The translations under genes and the position numbers were made by a program. From positions 3,430 to 67,429 of the forward strand of contig CAVYXX010000068.1 in assembly GCA_963772355.1 (NCBI GenBank): DNA of 64,000 bases. The letters run 5' to 3'. The notes under the pieces were generated by a model that saw only the letters and a program-made list of their open reading frames with translations, searched no databases and had not been told where the DNA came from. Below are positions 9,782 through 20,930 of this stretch, piece by piece. This DNA is from an uncultured Alphaproteobacteria bacterium (GTDB lineage Bacteria; Pseudomonadota; Alphaproteobacteria; Acetobacterales; Acetobacteraceae). Positions within the stretch are counted from its first letter, which is position 1. Each line of letters opens with the position of its first letter.

Positions 9782-11110
9782 CTAAACGATCTCGGCGACT
9801 CTGCCCGGTTCGGGCGCCGTATCGTCGGTGGTGGGGGTCTCCTCCAGTTCTTTGTCGTGGTGGATACACAACGTGGCGAAGGCGGCGACATTACAAACCG
9901 CCGCGATCACAAGCAGCCCGCTGTCGAAATTACCGGTCAAATCGCGCAACCACCCCATGACATAGCTTCCGACAAAGCCTGCGATATTGGCGATCGAGTT
10001 GATATAGGCCACCCCCGCCGCCGCTGCCGCGCCGCTGAGAAAGGCCGTGGGCATCGACCAGAAGACCGGCAGGACCGAGAACATGCCGAAGGCCGCAAAA
10101 CTCAGGCTGCACAGCCGGAAATAAGGGTTGGGAGTCAGCGACGTCAGAATCAAGCCAAGCGCGGCGATCAGAAAAGTCACTGCCGTGTGGCTGCGCCGTT
10201 CCATGACGCGGTCCGAACGCTTTCCGTACCACACCATCCCACACGCCCCCACGGCGAACGGAATGGAGGAGACAAGGCCGGTCTGCATGTTGGTCAGCCC
10301 GAACTGCTTGACGATCTGCGGCAGGAAGTAGGTCATGCCGTAGATCTCGTAGGCTATGCCGAAACCGGCGACCCCGAGTGCGATGACGCGCGGATTGCGC
10401 AACACCTGCGCAACCGACATGCTGTGCGCGGCTTCACGCTGACGTACCTCGGCTTCCTGACGCTTGATCAGCCAGTCGCGTTCGTCAGGCTCCAGCCACT
10501 TCGCCACAGAGGGATGGTCGGTCATGTAGAACCAGGTGACGACGGACAGGATCAGTGCGGGGATGGCTTCGCTGATGAACACCCACTGCCAGCCTTTGAT
10601 TTCGAGGAAGCCGTCCATATAGAGGATCGAGGTCGACAACGGCGAACCGATGACCGCCGATACGGGAATCGCGACCATGTACAGGCTGATCATGCGGGCG
10701 CGATAGGCGGCAGGAAAGTAAAGCGTCATGTAATAGAGGATGCCTGGGAAGAACCCTGCCTCGGCTGCGCCGAACAGGAATCGGACGATGTAGAAGCTCC
10801 AGTCGTTCCATATAAAGGCCATGGCGCCCGAAAGAATGCCCCAGGTGAACATGATGCGGGCGATCCAACGGCGTGCACCCATCTTCAGCAGGACCAGATT
10901 GGAAGGCGTTTCAAGCAGGAAGTATGTGATGAAGAATGCACCGGCGCCGAGACCGTAAACGGTCGCGGTGAAATGCAGATCCTTATTCATCTCAAGTGCG
11001 GCGAAGCTCAGGTTCACACGATCGAGGTAGGCGACAAAGTAGCAAATTATGACGAAGGGGATCAGTCGTCGCGACACCTTGGCCATAGTACGCGTTTCGA
11101 GGGCATCCAT
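9782..11110 (-). CDS. MFS transporter, anion:cation symporter family (TtuB/tartrate transporter-like)
   Basis: AYLDRVNLSFA, GARRWIARIMFTWG, AEAGFFPG, GWQWVF; about 12 TM segments. Confidence 0.92.
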   Translation of the reverse strand: MDALETRTMAKVSRRLIPFVIICYFVAYLDRVNLSFAALEMNKDLHFTATVYGLGAGAFFITYFLLETPSNLVLLKMGARRWIARIMFTWGILSGAMAFIWNDWSFYIVRFLFGAAEAGFFPGILYYMTLYFPAAYRARMISLYMVAIPVSAVIGSPLSTSILYMDGFLEIKGWQWVFISEAIPALILSVVTWFYMTDHPSVAKWLEPDERDWLIKRQEAEVRQREAAHSMSVAQVLRNPRVIALGVAGFGIAYEIYGMTYFLPQIVKQFGLTNMQTGLVSSIPFAVGACGMVWYGKRSDRVMERRSHTAVTFLIAALGLILTSLTPNPYFRLCSLSFAAFGMFSVLPVFWSMPTAFLSGAAAAAGVAYINSIANIAGFVGSYVMGWLRDLTGNFDSGLLVIAAVCNVAAFATLCIHHDKELEETPTTDDTAPEPGRVAEIV

Positions 11111-11265
11111 CAGCGTTCCTTCCTTTTAGATCGCCCCAATGGCGAATCTCCTAGGTGCGGTCGAGACCGCGTCTCCCGTCCCGCCACCCTAACCGGATGA
11201 CGGGACCCGTCAGTAGCGTCTATGCCGGCAACCTCGCGACCCCGGGATGGGGTCCGGCCGTTGAT

Positions 11266-11290
11266 TTACAAGTTTTGTAACGGTTTACAA
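11266..11290. promoter_or_regulatory. Overlapping palindromic operator upstream of the MFS gene
   Basis: TTACAA-GTT-TTGTAA-CGGT-TTACAA, an AT-rich island in GC-rich DNA. Confidence 0.45.
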
Positions 11291-11384
11291 GCTGCAGGCC
11301 TTCCCGCCTCCCAGGACAAACCGCAGAGCAAACCAGCTATCGGTCGCCACCATCGATCGATATCCAGGCGCAAAAAGGCGCGCG

Positions 11385-11500
11385 GTCGTGTGCGGGGTGT
11401 GGGCGTCATCACGGCGTTGGCTTTCCGCCATACACTCGATGATCCCACGCGGTTCCGACAGCTCAAGCCGTCGGTGCGTGCCTCGGCTTAACGCCGCGAC
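11385..11500 (+). mobile_element. IS110-family transposase remnant
   Basis: GVGVITALAFRHTLDDPTRFR followed by frameshifted LGLTPRR. Confidence 0.7.
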
Positions 11501-11646
11501 GATCGATCGCATCGGTCGATCAGAACTATTCAAATCATCGTTTGGATTGTTCGGTCGAAGATACCCATCTTGCTTTCACGGTCGGCGGCTCTTCCAAGCA
11601 CAGAGCAAAATCCGCGAAGACCGTAGACAGTGAAAGGAAATTTACG

Positions 11647-11898
11647 ATGAAGACGATGTTCCTTGCGGCCGCAGCGGGATTGCTGATGCTCGGCGGCGCA
11701 GCACAGGCGGAGCCTTTCCTGGCCGGCCATGCCTCCAACGACCCGCAAGAAGCGGCCGCTTCAGTTAGAAGCAACCGGCCATCTCGGGCCTTGAACCAGC
11801 TCCAGAGTGCCAACCCAACCGGTCTTCCATCATACGAAATGCGGCCAGACGGGCTGATGATCAATGGGCTTCTGCCGGCCCAAGGTTGGGAGGGTTGA
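11647..11898 (+). CDS. Small secreted hypothetical protein
   Basis: GAAAGGA RBS; signal peptide MKTMFLAAAAGLLMLGGAAQA. Confidence 0.7.
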   Translation: MKTMFLAAAAGLLMLGGAAQAEPFLAGHASNDPQEAAASVRSNRPSRALNQLQSANPTGLPSYEMRPDGLMINGLLPAQGWEG

Positions 11899-12037
11899 GG
11901 CGATTGGAGTGCAAGGCTGCCGCCAGCATGGGCAGATGAACAATGATTATGCCGACCCACCCTTATGGATGCGCCCGCATCGCCCACATGTGCGGCCACG
12001 GTAAGCAGAAGGCTTATCGAGTAGAAGGCTCTTTACC

Positions 12038-12352
12038 ATGCTAACCACAACCATCGCCCTGCTCGCCGCGTTCTCCGGCCCGATGCAAGCCGCTCCCTCC
12101 GTCGGCAGCGATCAGCTTCTGCTTGTGGCGGACAGTGCACACACCTTGTTCACGCCTAATGCACCGGATCCTGGCCGAGCCGGGCAAATCTATCAGCTTC
12201 CGCAAGGCGGCCTCGGCGTCACCACCGGCGGCACTTCGCATTACCAGACCTTGGAGATGCCCGGCGGCGGCGGCGTCGTTGTGCCGAACGGCAATACGGC
12301 CGGCTTCTTCGGTTCAGGGGGCCGTGTCGGCACCGGCCAAATCCCCGACTGA
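12038..12352 (+). CDS. Small Gly-rich secreted hypothetical protein
   Basis: GAAGG RBS; hydrophobic N-terminus ending in MQA-A; Gly-rich C-terminus. Confidence 0.6.
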   Translation: MLTTTIALLAAFSGPMQAAPSVGSDQLLLVADSAHTLFTPNAPDPGRAGQIYQLPQGGLGVTTGGTSHYQTLEMPGGGGVVVPNGNTAGFFGSGGRVGTGQIPD

Positions 12353-12544
12353 CGACGTTGTCCGTCGGGTGGATTAATGAAACGTCCCCCGACGGCCATA
12401 ATTCACAGACTAACTTCCAGTCCTCGCCAAGTCGAACCAGCCACGCGGCGCTCAACCGGGCGCAGCGACCTGCACAGCACTGTGCGAAGACTTCAAAAAC
12501 CTACCGTAATCAAGCGTTAGGCGGTTCTGCGCTGGAGATGCGAT

Positions 12545-13735
12545 ATGGACGTCAGCGAATCCACTGTCCTGGCGAGAGTGCTCCCTGAGGCAAGAGCGCC
12601 TGGCACGAAGGCCGCCTTCGAACCTCACGCGACGCCAGCCCATCGGCTCAGGCTCGACACCCGGCGCAGCCGTTGGTCGCTGAAGCGGCTGCTGATCGCA
12701 GCAGCAGCACCGCTGTTCCTTGCGGTCGCGGCAGATTACAGCGACTACTACTGGACCACAGGCCGATTTCTGGTCTCGACCGATGACGCTTATGTGCAGG
12801 CGCATTCGGTCCTGATCAGCCCCAAGGTGTCGGGCTATATTTCCGAAGTGCCGGTCTACGACAACCAGGCGGTGCACGCCGGCCAGACATTGGCTCGCAT
12901 CGACGATCGTGACTACCTCACCGCACTCGCTGCGGCCCGCGCCAATGTCGCTGCCGCCCAGGCCGCCATCGATAACCTGGAGCGCAGGATCGCCCAACAG
13001 CGGCTGGCAATCGTGGAGGCGCAAGCCGCAGTCACTACCGATCAGGCAGCATTGGCATTTTCGCAGCAGCAATACGGGCGCTATTCCGGCCTCGCGCGCA
13101 CCGGCGCTGCCACCGTACAGGACGCGCAGCAATGGCAGGCGGATCAACGGGAAAAAGAGGCTGCGCTGGCACGCGATAGCGCAGCCGTCGGCGTCGCACA
13201 GCAGCAGGTCGAGGTCTTGGGCTCTCAGCTCTCACAGGCCAACGCCACCCTCGCGCAACAACAGGCGATGCTGCATCAGGCTGAGCTCAATGTCAGCTAT
13301 ACGACGATTGTGGCACCAGTGGGTGGTACCGTCGGCGATCGCACACTACGCGTCGGCCAGTATGTGCAGGCCGGGACCCAGCTGATGGCCGTGGTGCCGC
13401 TACAGGCGGTCTACATCACCGCAAATTACAAGGAGACCCAGTTGACCGATGTGCGTCCCGGCCAGCCGGTCACAATCGACGTTGATACCTTTCCGGGTAC
13501 CACGGTGCACGGCCACGTCGACAGCCTCGCGCCGGCGAGCGGCCAGGAATTTGCGTTGCTGCCACCCGACAACGCGACCGGCAATTTCACCAAGATCGTC
13601 CAACGCATTCCCGTCAAGATCATCGTCGACGCAAATGATCCGCTGGCCAATTTATTGCGCCCGGGCATGTCGGTCGAACCAACCATCGATACGAAGCCGG
13701 CCCGCTCAGCGCCGAACCTGACGAGCGCGTCATGA
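12545..13735 (+). CDS. EmrA/HlyD-family efflux membrane fusion protein
   Basis: STDDAYV, ANYKETQL, LLPPDNATGNFTKIVQRIPVKI. Confidence 0.92.
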   Translation: MDVSESTVLARVLPEARAPGTKAAFEPHATPAHRLRLDTRRSRWSLKRLLIAAAAPLFLAVAADYSDYYWTTGRFLVSTDDAYVQAHSVLISPKVSGYISEVPVYDNQAVHAGQTLARIDDRDYLTALAAARANVAAAQAAIDNLERRIAQQRLAIVEAQAAVTTDQAALAFSQQQYGRYSGLARTGAATVQDAQQWQADQREKEAALARDSAAVGVAQQQVEVLGSQLSQANATLAQQQAMLHQAELNVSYTTIVAPVGGTVGDRTLRVGQYVQAGTQLMAVVPLQAVYITANYKETQLTDVRPGQPVTIDVDTFPGTTVHGHVDSLAPASGQEFALLPPDNATGNFTKIVQRIPVKIIVDANDPLANLLRPGMSVEPTIDTKPARSAPNLTSAS

Positions 13736-15298
13736 CCGCCGATCGCTCCGACGAGGCGCCTGTCACGCTGAGGACCTGGGTCGCCGTGGCAGGTTCGCTG
13801 CTCGGTGCCTTCATGGCGGTCCTTGATATCATGATCGCCAACGCTTCGATGCCGTATATCGAAGGCGGCATTGGCACCGGCGGCGTCTACGGGACCTGGA
13901 TCTCGACCGCTTATCTGATCGGCGAAATTATTGTCATCCCGCTGACAAGTTTCCTGAGCCAGGTGTTTTCGCTGCGGCGCTACTTACTTGCCAATGTGGC
14001 ACTTTTTCTCCTTTTCTCGCCTTTGTGCGGGCAGGCGCACAGCCTGGGTGAGATGATCGCGTTTCGAGCGCTGCAAGGCTTTACCGGTGGGGTCATGATC
14101 CCGCTCGCGTTCACCATCATCATGACCATGCTGCCGCGTTCGAAGTATCCGATCGGGCTCGCGGGATTCTCGGTGACCGCGACCTTCGCGCCGGCGATCG
14201 GCCCGACGATCGGCGGCTATTTCACCGACAATTACGGCTGGCCTTACATCTTTTACATCAACCTCGTCCCCGGCGCGGTGATGTTGGGTGCGCTGTGGTA
14301 CGGCCTGCCCAAATCGGCGATGCAACTCGGATTGCTGCGCCGAGGCGACTGGCGGGGCATCGCCCTAATGGCGGTCGGTCTCGCCGCGCTGCAGGCCGTG
14401 CTCGACGATGGGAACGTCTTTGATTGGTTCGGCTCTCCATTCATCGTTAAATTGAGCCTTGTCGCGGCCGTCGCGCTCGGCGCTTTTGTCGTGCTCGAGT
14501 TGATCACCCCCGCACCGCTGGTCAATTTACGCCTGTTCAGCCGGCGTAATTTCGGCCTCGGTACTGCAGGCAATTTCCTGCTCGGCTTCGCCCTCTACGG
14601 CTCAGTCTATCTGCTGCCGGAATACCTGACCGCGACACAAGGTTTCGATTCGGAGCAGATCGGCGAGGTCATGGCCTGGGTCGGGCTGCCGCAGTTGCTG
14701 CTGATCCCACTGGTGCCGCTGCTGATGAAGCGCATCGATGCGCGTTTGCTGGTCGGCATCGGCCTCGTCGTCTTTGCCGCGAGCTGCTTTATGAACATGG
14801 AGATGGATCAGAACTACTCCGGGCCGCAGCTCTTTTGGCCGAACATCGTTCGCGCGATCGGTCAGGCGATGGTGATGACCCCGCTTTCGGCGATCGCGAT
14901 GCTTGGGATCACGCCGCAAGAGGCGGGCGGTGCGTCGGGTCTCTTCAACATGATGCGTAATCTTGGCGGCGCGATCGGCACCGCGGCGATCGAGACGTTC
15001 TTCACCAAGCGCGAGCAGTTCCACTCGGCCATCATTACCCCGGATGTCTCGCTGCTCGAACCGGCGACGCGCAGCCGGCTGACCGACTTGCAGCAGTACT
15101 TTCATGTCCCACGGCTTCCCCGATCCCGCGAGCGCGATGCACCGCGCCATCATCGCTGTCGGTGACACGATCCGTGCTCAGGCGACGATCATGGGCTACG
15201 CCGACTGCTTCGCCTTGCTCGGCGTCGTGCTGCTTGTCGCGGCTGCACTGGTTGCGCTGCTGAAAAAGGGCGCCGCGTCCGGCGTCGGCGCACATTAG
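13732..15298 (+). CDS. EmrB/QacA DHA2 MFS efflux permease (1-bp frameshift near 15101)
   Basis: GAFMAVLDI, WISTAYL, APAIGPTIGG, SGLFNMMRNLGG; an extra T in TACTTTCATG splits off the 15104-15298 tail. Confidence 0.88.
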
Positions 15299-15490
15299 TC
15301 CGTGGCGCATGGACTGTTGCCCGGCGGACCAGTTCGCGAAGGAGCGCGTCTGCGGCATCGCCTCGCCGCTGATGTTCCCCTGGCGTCAGGTCCGGCGCGT
15401 CGCCAAATCTCCGCCGCCTCCGCACGGTGGCGATCGCCCTCGCGGTCATCGTCGGCGGGAGGCGACTTGATCGCCTTGGCCTGGTCGGAC

Positions 15491-15635
15491 GGCACCGCCA
15501 AGTTGAGCGGCGCTGGCTTGGCAAAACATCCATGGTCAGATATCGGCTCTCGATGACGACGTTCCAAGACGCTTTGTATACAGGCTATCGCTACCCGGCT
15601 GATCTCATAAGCTACGCGGGCACCGTGAACTTGTC
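15491..15635 (+). mobile_element. IS6-family left-end remnant(s)
   Basis: IR-like GGCACCGCCAAGTTG (15491), MTTFQDALYTGYRYPADLISYA transposase start, second IR-like GGCACCGTGAACTTG (15619). Confidence 0.6.
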
Positions 15636-15997
15636 GTCGATGGAATTGCGACAGACGCGATCGGTTGATTGGCGACCGGCGACAGTGATGATTACGAGGC
15701 CATCTCGGCCCACGCCGAGAAGGCTTGACTACGGGCGGAATGGAATTTGGTGGCACTGTCTTGGTTGGGGTGGCGGAGGGATCGATAGCCGACCTCGTCG
15801 ATTGCGTGATCCGCTCTGCGGAAATCACAATTCAAAAGTCTTGGAGAATCCACTCCTGGTCGGAATCCGCTGCCACTGCCGTTTCGCCGCCGGGCGACTC
15901 CCAGCCACTTAACCGAAATCCGGAGTCATGCGGCTTGGGAGCACCCCGGGGCAGGGACACCGACGCGGCCCTACCCCAATTAGCACGTTTTCGCGCT

Positions 15998-16558
15998 CTA
16001 ATTCGTCGCTGGATGGCGACAGGCTTTGCCGACCATATAGGCAACGCCTTCCGCGCCTACGAGCGTCGTGTGCTGGCAACCGGCAGGGATCTCGCAGTGG
16101 TCGCCAGCATGAAAAACGTCTGACTTGCCATCGCGGGTTACGGTGATCTCCCCAGCGAGCACCATGATCCTCGCATCGAAATCATGCGCGTGCACGTCTT
16201 CCGCGAAGCCGGGCTGCTGCCCTCCGTTCACGACATCAAAGCCTTCACGCCGAAGGTCGCTTTCGAAGGCCTCGCGGGTGAGGGGCCCCCCGTTCCGGCG
16301 CCTGCCTGACATCAAGGCTACACCCTCCGGGCCAACATGCTCCGCATGCATGCAGCCCGCGGGCACTTCGAAGCATTGCCCCGCACGGAAGGTGACCGGG
16401 TTATTGTCGCGTGTGATGGTGATCTCACCGCCCAGCACCCACGACTTGGCGTCAAAGTCGTGACAGTGGTTCGGCGCAATCAGGTTCGGCTTCACGCTGC
16501 TGTTCACGATCCGATAGCCATCACGACGCAGTTCCGTTTCAAACTCGGCTTTGTCCAT
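15998..16558 (-). CDS. Tandem (bi-)cupin protein
   Basis: Two ~90-aa repeats FExxLRRxG...HxHDFDA...GEITxTRD...PAGCxH...GxEGVA; AAGGAG RBS. Confidence 0.85.
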   Translation of the reverse strand: MDKAEFETELRRDGYRIVNSSVKPNLIAPNHCHDFDAKSWVLGGEITITRDNNPVTFRAGQCFEVPAGCMHAEHVGPEGVALMSGRRRNGGPLTREAFESDLRREGFDVVNGGQQPGFAEDVHAHDFDARIMVLAGEITVTRDGKSDVFHAGDHCEIPAGCQHTTLVGAEGVAYMVGKACRHPATN

Positions 16559-16596
16559 TGCCTCACTCCTTGCTTTGGATCGCGCATCTGTGCACT

Positions 16597-17178
16597 ATGG
16601 AGGACATGTTGTCAACTTTAGAGGACGAAATCGGCCTTCGCATCGGCCGCGCCGTCAAGCAGCAGCGCGAGGCCGTCGGCTTCAGTTTGCGGATGCTGGC
16701 CGCGCACAGCGGCATCTCACCCTCGATGATTTCTGACATCGAGCGTGGAACGAAGTCGCCGTCAGTCATCACGATGGTGCGGCTCGCGCAGGCGTTGGGG
16801 GTTAGCGTCGCTGCTCTGATCGACGGGGGCGCGGCTCCATCGCCCCGCATTCGTGTACTGCGCCGCGGCGAGGGTGCTGGCGGTGAACACCCGGCCCGCT
16901 GGGATAGTCTGGGACCTGCAGCTCCCGGAAGCCGCATCGACTTTGTGCGCTATCAAATCCCTCCGTCGACCGTCCTGGGTCCGGGCGCCGCTCACACTCC
17001 CGGCACGGTCGAGCATATGCACGTGGCCGCCGGCACCGTCCGCGTCACCGTGGGCGACGAAACAGCCGAACTCTCCGAGGGTGACAGCTGTAGCTGTCGC
17101 ACTGACGCTCCGCACGGTGTCGAGAACCCAGACCCGTCTGCCGAGGCACTGATCTATTTGATTGTCGAGCGAAGTTAA
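16597..17178 (+). CDS. XRE-family HTH transcriptional regulator with C-terminal cupin
   Basis: SLRMLAAHSGISPSMISDIERGTKSPS; cupin HTPGTVEH...DAPHGVEN. Confidence 0.9.
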   Translation: MEDMLSTLEDEIGLRIGRAVKQQREAVGFSLRMLAAHSGISPSMISDIERGTKSPSVITMVRLAQALGVSVAALIDGGAAPSPRIRVLRRGEGAGGEHPARWDSLGPAAPGSRIDFVRYQIPPSTVLGPGAAHTPGTVEHMHVAAGTVRVTVGDETAELSEGDSCSCRTDAPHGVENPDPSAEALIYLIVERS

Positions 17179-17290
17179 TTCGCGGGGAAGGTTGTGCTTT
17201 ACGTGCGGTGAGCACTTCATTGCGCTCGATGGATCGAAAATCCAGAGAAGGTCGGGTAACAAGAGCGGGACCAGCAAATGGAGGAATGCG

Positions 17291-17854
17291 ATGAAATATG
17301 CTCTGGGAAGCCTGTTCCTGGCGGGCGCGTTGGCCCTATCAATCAGCACCGCCAAAGCGGAGCCGCTGACGCTGACCTCGCCGCAAATTCAGGACAACGG
17401 CACGCTCGCGGTCAAAAATGCCTGCAGCGACAAGCAGCGATCGCCGAATTGCGTCGGCGAGAACGTCTCGCCGCCACTCGCCTGGTCGGGCGTACCGGAG
17501 GGCACCAAGAGCTTCGCGCTCCTGCTGTTCGATCCCGAAGGTCGAGCCCCGGCCGGCGTGTCGCACATGGTGATTTACGGCATCCCCGCAGACGTAAAGG
17601 GGTTCGCCGAAGGCGAACTGAGCCAGCCCTCCGAGAAATTTGTCGGCCGCAAGAGTACGATGGAGAAGTCAGTTTATTTTGGCCCAGGCACCCCGCCGAA
17701 TACCGACTGGCATCATTACACCTGGACGTTGGTCGCCACCGACCTCGAGCCGAAAGCGCTGCAGCCCGGTCTGACGCGGGAAGAGTTGGCCGCCGCGCTC
17801 AAGGACCATGTGAAGGGATCGGCCGGGCTGATTACTCGCTTCAAGCACGCGTAG
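17291..17854 (+). CDS. YbhB/YbcL Raf kinase inhibitor-like (PEBP) periplasmic protein
   Basis: Signal peptide; GENVSPPLAWSGVPEGTKSFAL, DPEG, YFGPGTPP, HHYTWTL. Confidence 0.9.
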   Translation: MKYALGSLFLAGALALSISTAKAEPLTLTSPQIQDNGTLAVKNACSDKQRSPNCVGENVSPPLAWSGVPEGTKSFALLLFDPEGRAPAGVSHMVIYGIPADVKGFAEGELSQPSEKFVGRKSTMEKSVYFGPGTPPNTDWHHYTWTLVATDLEPKALQPGLTREELAAALKDHVKGSAGLITRFKHA

Positions 17855-18100
17855 CCCGAACGTCGCTGGATGGCATCGCTTTCAGTCCATTGGCCCGCAT
17901 GGTCGTTGAGAGCGACGCTCGACTTTCGATCCTGATGATACCCAGAGTGATGGTCGGTGACGCGTCCCAAGACCGGATAACGCAGCGGGTAAATTGTCTC
18001 AGAAAGCCACGCGCCAACACGTAGTGGCGGTGCTAAGCGCCAGCGGCAATAGGAGACTTCCGGGTCCTCGATATCCGCTGCCAAGGACCCGGTGCTGCGG

Positions 18101-18881
18101 TCAAAAATCGATTACGGCACGGATGGTCGCTTCGGTCTGTTCCAGGTGCGGGACGTGGCCGGCCTTCGGGATGACCACGAGATCGGAATTTCGGACGCCG
18201 GCCTTGAAGGCCTCGCCGTAAGGCGGCGGGATGAGCTTGTCGCTCGCGCCCAAAATGATCCGCGTTCGCGCGGTTATCCGATACAGCCGGTCTTTCAACC
18301 CACGGTCGGGGATTGGGAACAGAAACTTGCCGGCCATGCCAAAGGTGCGGGCATTGTTCACCAGGAACGGGATCAAGAAGTCCGGATCGTCCATATTGAT
18401 CCCCCCGGTAAGCAGCCTGGCGCCAAGCTCGGGGTCGTGGAATAGCACTTGCGGCAGTTCGAACGGCATCATCGAGAAGACATCTGGCATCGGATGCGTG
18501 TCGAGCCACAGACCGGCCGGGTCAATCAACACCAACCGTTCGACCTCGTAGGGCGCGATCGCCGCCATCTCCGCAGCGATCATACCGCCGAGCGAACAAC
18601 CCACCAGCGTCGGCCGTCGGAGGCCCAAAGCCTCGATCACGTCAAAGGTGTGCAGCGTCACATCAAGCATGTCACGGATGTGCGGTGCTTCCTGACTGTC
18701 GCCGTAACCAGGCAGCAATGGCGCGTGAACGCGAAAATGTTGTGATAACCCATTAAGGAAGGGGTGTTCCGCTGTGATGCCGCCGGCGTCGTGCAGCAGT
18801 ACCGAGATCGGCCCCTTCGCCGCCCTGTAGCACTTGGACGGGAAGGAGGGGTGTGGTGATGGTCCGGAGCTCGATCATCAT
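18101..18881 (-). CDS. Alpha/beta hydrolase (frameshifted near 18800)
   Basis: LHDAGG, LPGYGDS, GCSLGG nucleophile elbow, AGHVPHLE; ATGA overlap with the upstream LLM gene. Confidence 0.82.
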
Positions 18882-20117
18882 GCCCTCCTTGCCGCAACGA
18901 TCGGCGCCGGCTCGGCGCGTTGGCTCAGGGGATGGCACCAGAAGCGGCTATCTCCGGCAAACTCCGGCCAGAGATTTTGCAGTTGCGGCATGACCTTTTC
19001 GGTAAACAGCCGTGTCGAATGCATAGTCAGCTCCTTGGGCATGTTGCCGATGTGGAACAGCAAGAACAGGTTGCCGACGCGCAAGGTCTTGACCAGATCT
19101 TCCAACCGTTGACGCACAGTCTCCGGGCTGCCGGCGATAACAAAGGCGTCGTCGATCAGGTCCTTCCAACTCAACGTCGCCCATTTGGGGTCGGGCGAAT
19201 ATTGCGACAGCGCCCCCATCTTGATCGTCTTGATGGTGCGATACCCGGGCGCATCGAGGAATCCGGGATAGATATGGAGACAGCGGTTGTAGAAATAGTT
19301 CGCGTAAGCACCGTAGAGCTTCTCGGCTTCCGCATCGGTTTCGCCGACGCAAACCACCTGCGCGAACCCGGCGCGGTAGGGCGAGTTGTCCAATCCACGC
19401 TCAGCGACGCGATCCCAATAAGCTTGCATCACCGAGGTGGCACGCAGATAGCCGAAATAGCTAAGGTAAGAATACGAATAAGTATTGTCGAGACAGAAAT
19501 CATAGGTCTCAACCGAGCCGCCGCCGGGAATGTGGATTGGAGGGTGCGGCCGTTGCAAAGGTTTTGGCCAAGTATTGACATAGCGCAGCTTGGTATAGCG
19601 GCCATTGAACGCGAACGGCTTATCCTCGTGCCAGGCTCGCATGATCAGTTCGTGCGCCTCGGCGTATTTTTCGCGCGTCAAGGCTGGCACCGTACCATAG
19701 CAGAAGTTGGTGTCCCATGGAGGTGCCGACCGGGAAACCGGCCACCAATCTGCCACCCGAAATCACGTCGAGCATGGCGAATTCCTCGGCCACGCGAATC
19801 GGTGGATTGTAGAGCGCGATCGAATTCCCGAGCACGACCAGCGCCGAGCGCGAGGTGCGCCGGGCCAGCGACGCGGCGATGATATTGGGCGACGGCATCA
19901 GCCCATAAGCGTTCTGGTGGTGCTCATTGAGCCCGATACCGTCGAAGCCCATCGTATCGGCCTCTTCGAGCATATCGAGATACTCGTTATAGACTGCGTG
20001 GCCTTTCACCGGGTCGTAGAGCGTGCGATCGATGTCGACCCAGACCGAGCGATGTTTCTCGCGGAAATCGTCTGGTAGGTAGGGCCACGGCATCAATTCG
20101 AAATAAGTGAATTTCAT
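18878..20117 (-). CDS. LLM-class flavin-dependent oxidoreductase (1-bp frameshift near 19716)
   Basis: GFDGIGLNEHH, PIRVAEEFAMLDVISGGRLVAG, WPKPLQRPHPP, AGSPETV; extra G in ATGGGACACC. Confidence 0.88.
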
Positions 20118-20639
20118 CCCCTTCCTCCTGATGTGCAGTGCTTGTTTTGTATTTGCGTGAGCCGGCCGATCGGTGGACGGAATCCGCTGTGCCGGTCCAC
20201 GAGAATGTTGGCAGCAAGCAAGCAGGATTTCCATAGGCTGGCCAGGAGGTCTGTATGCCCCGCGGCGGTTCGTTCTCCGCTGGGGGTTTCGATGAAGTCG
20301 CCCGATTTAGACGCAAGCCTCGATCACTGCGGCGGCGCTTTAAGCGGCGGTGGAGCGTGATGCGGCGCAAACGCAGGGCATGACGCTGTTCGAGCGCAAA
20401 CACGGTAAGCGTGGTCGCGATGGACCGTCCGGGCCTGCGGGGGCGCCGGTTGTGTCAGCGTCCGGCATCGGCGTCGCACATCACGTTGGGCCGACGGTGG
20501 GGCGCCGAGTTTGTGGAGGTGATGCCGACGGCGCTCGAATCAGGATGTCACTCGGGGCGCGGGAACGGTTATTTCAAGATCGAGACATCGAGGCCTGCGA
20601 GAGAGCCGAAATCGTGCCCTGTGTCCGACGGCTGGCGCC

Positions 20640-20874
20640 GATCGCAGCCGCGGCAGGTGAAATACTTGAACACTATCGTCGAGCAAGATCTCCGGCGGGC
20701 GAAACGATTAACCGGCCCGGGCCTTGACTTTGGTGGCTTTTGGACGGCCCAACGGACGCTGGAGGCCACGATGCGATGGCGATAATCAAGAAAGGGCAGG
20801 TTCAGAACATCAGCGGCGGTGACATCAAGATCCAGGCAGCATTCATCGCTCGACTTTTCCAGGTGCCCGCCTGA
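20640..20874 (+). mobile_element. IS6-family transposase C-terminal remnant
   Basis: VKYLNTIVEQDLRRAKRLTGPGLDFGGFWTAQRTL..AMAIIKKGQV..QAAFIARLF; homologous to 9127-9660. Confidence 0.8.
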
Positions 20875-20930
20875 GACGTCATCTTGTCCTCTCGAGGACG
20901 ACCCGCGACCAACGCCTGAATAGAACTGGA

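Noticed and set aside
9857-11200. Long antisense ORFs (also 4922-5944, 21282-22430, 47196-48503, 58124-59203)
   Set aside because: High-GC shadows of well-supported genes on the opposite strand, with no motifs of their own.
12362-12395. CCGTCGGG...CCCGACGG inverted repeat as a terminator or ncRNA
   Set aside because: Long loop, no U-tract, single copy; function cannot be supported.
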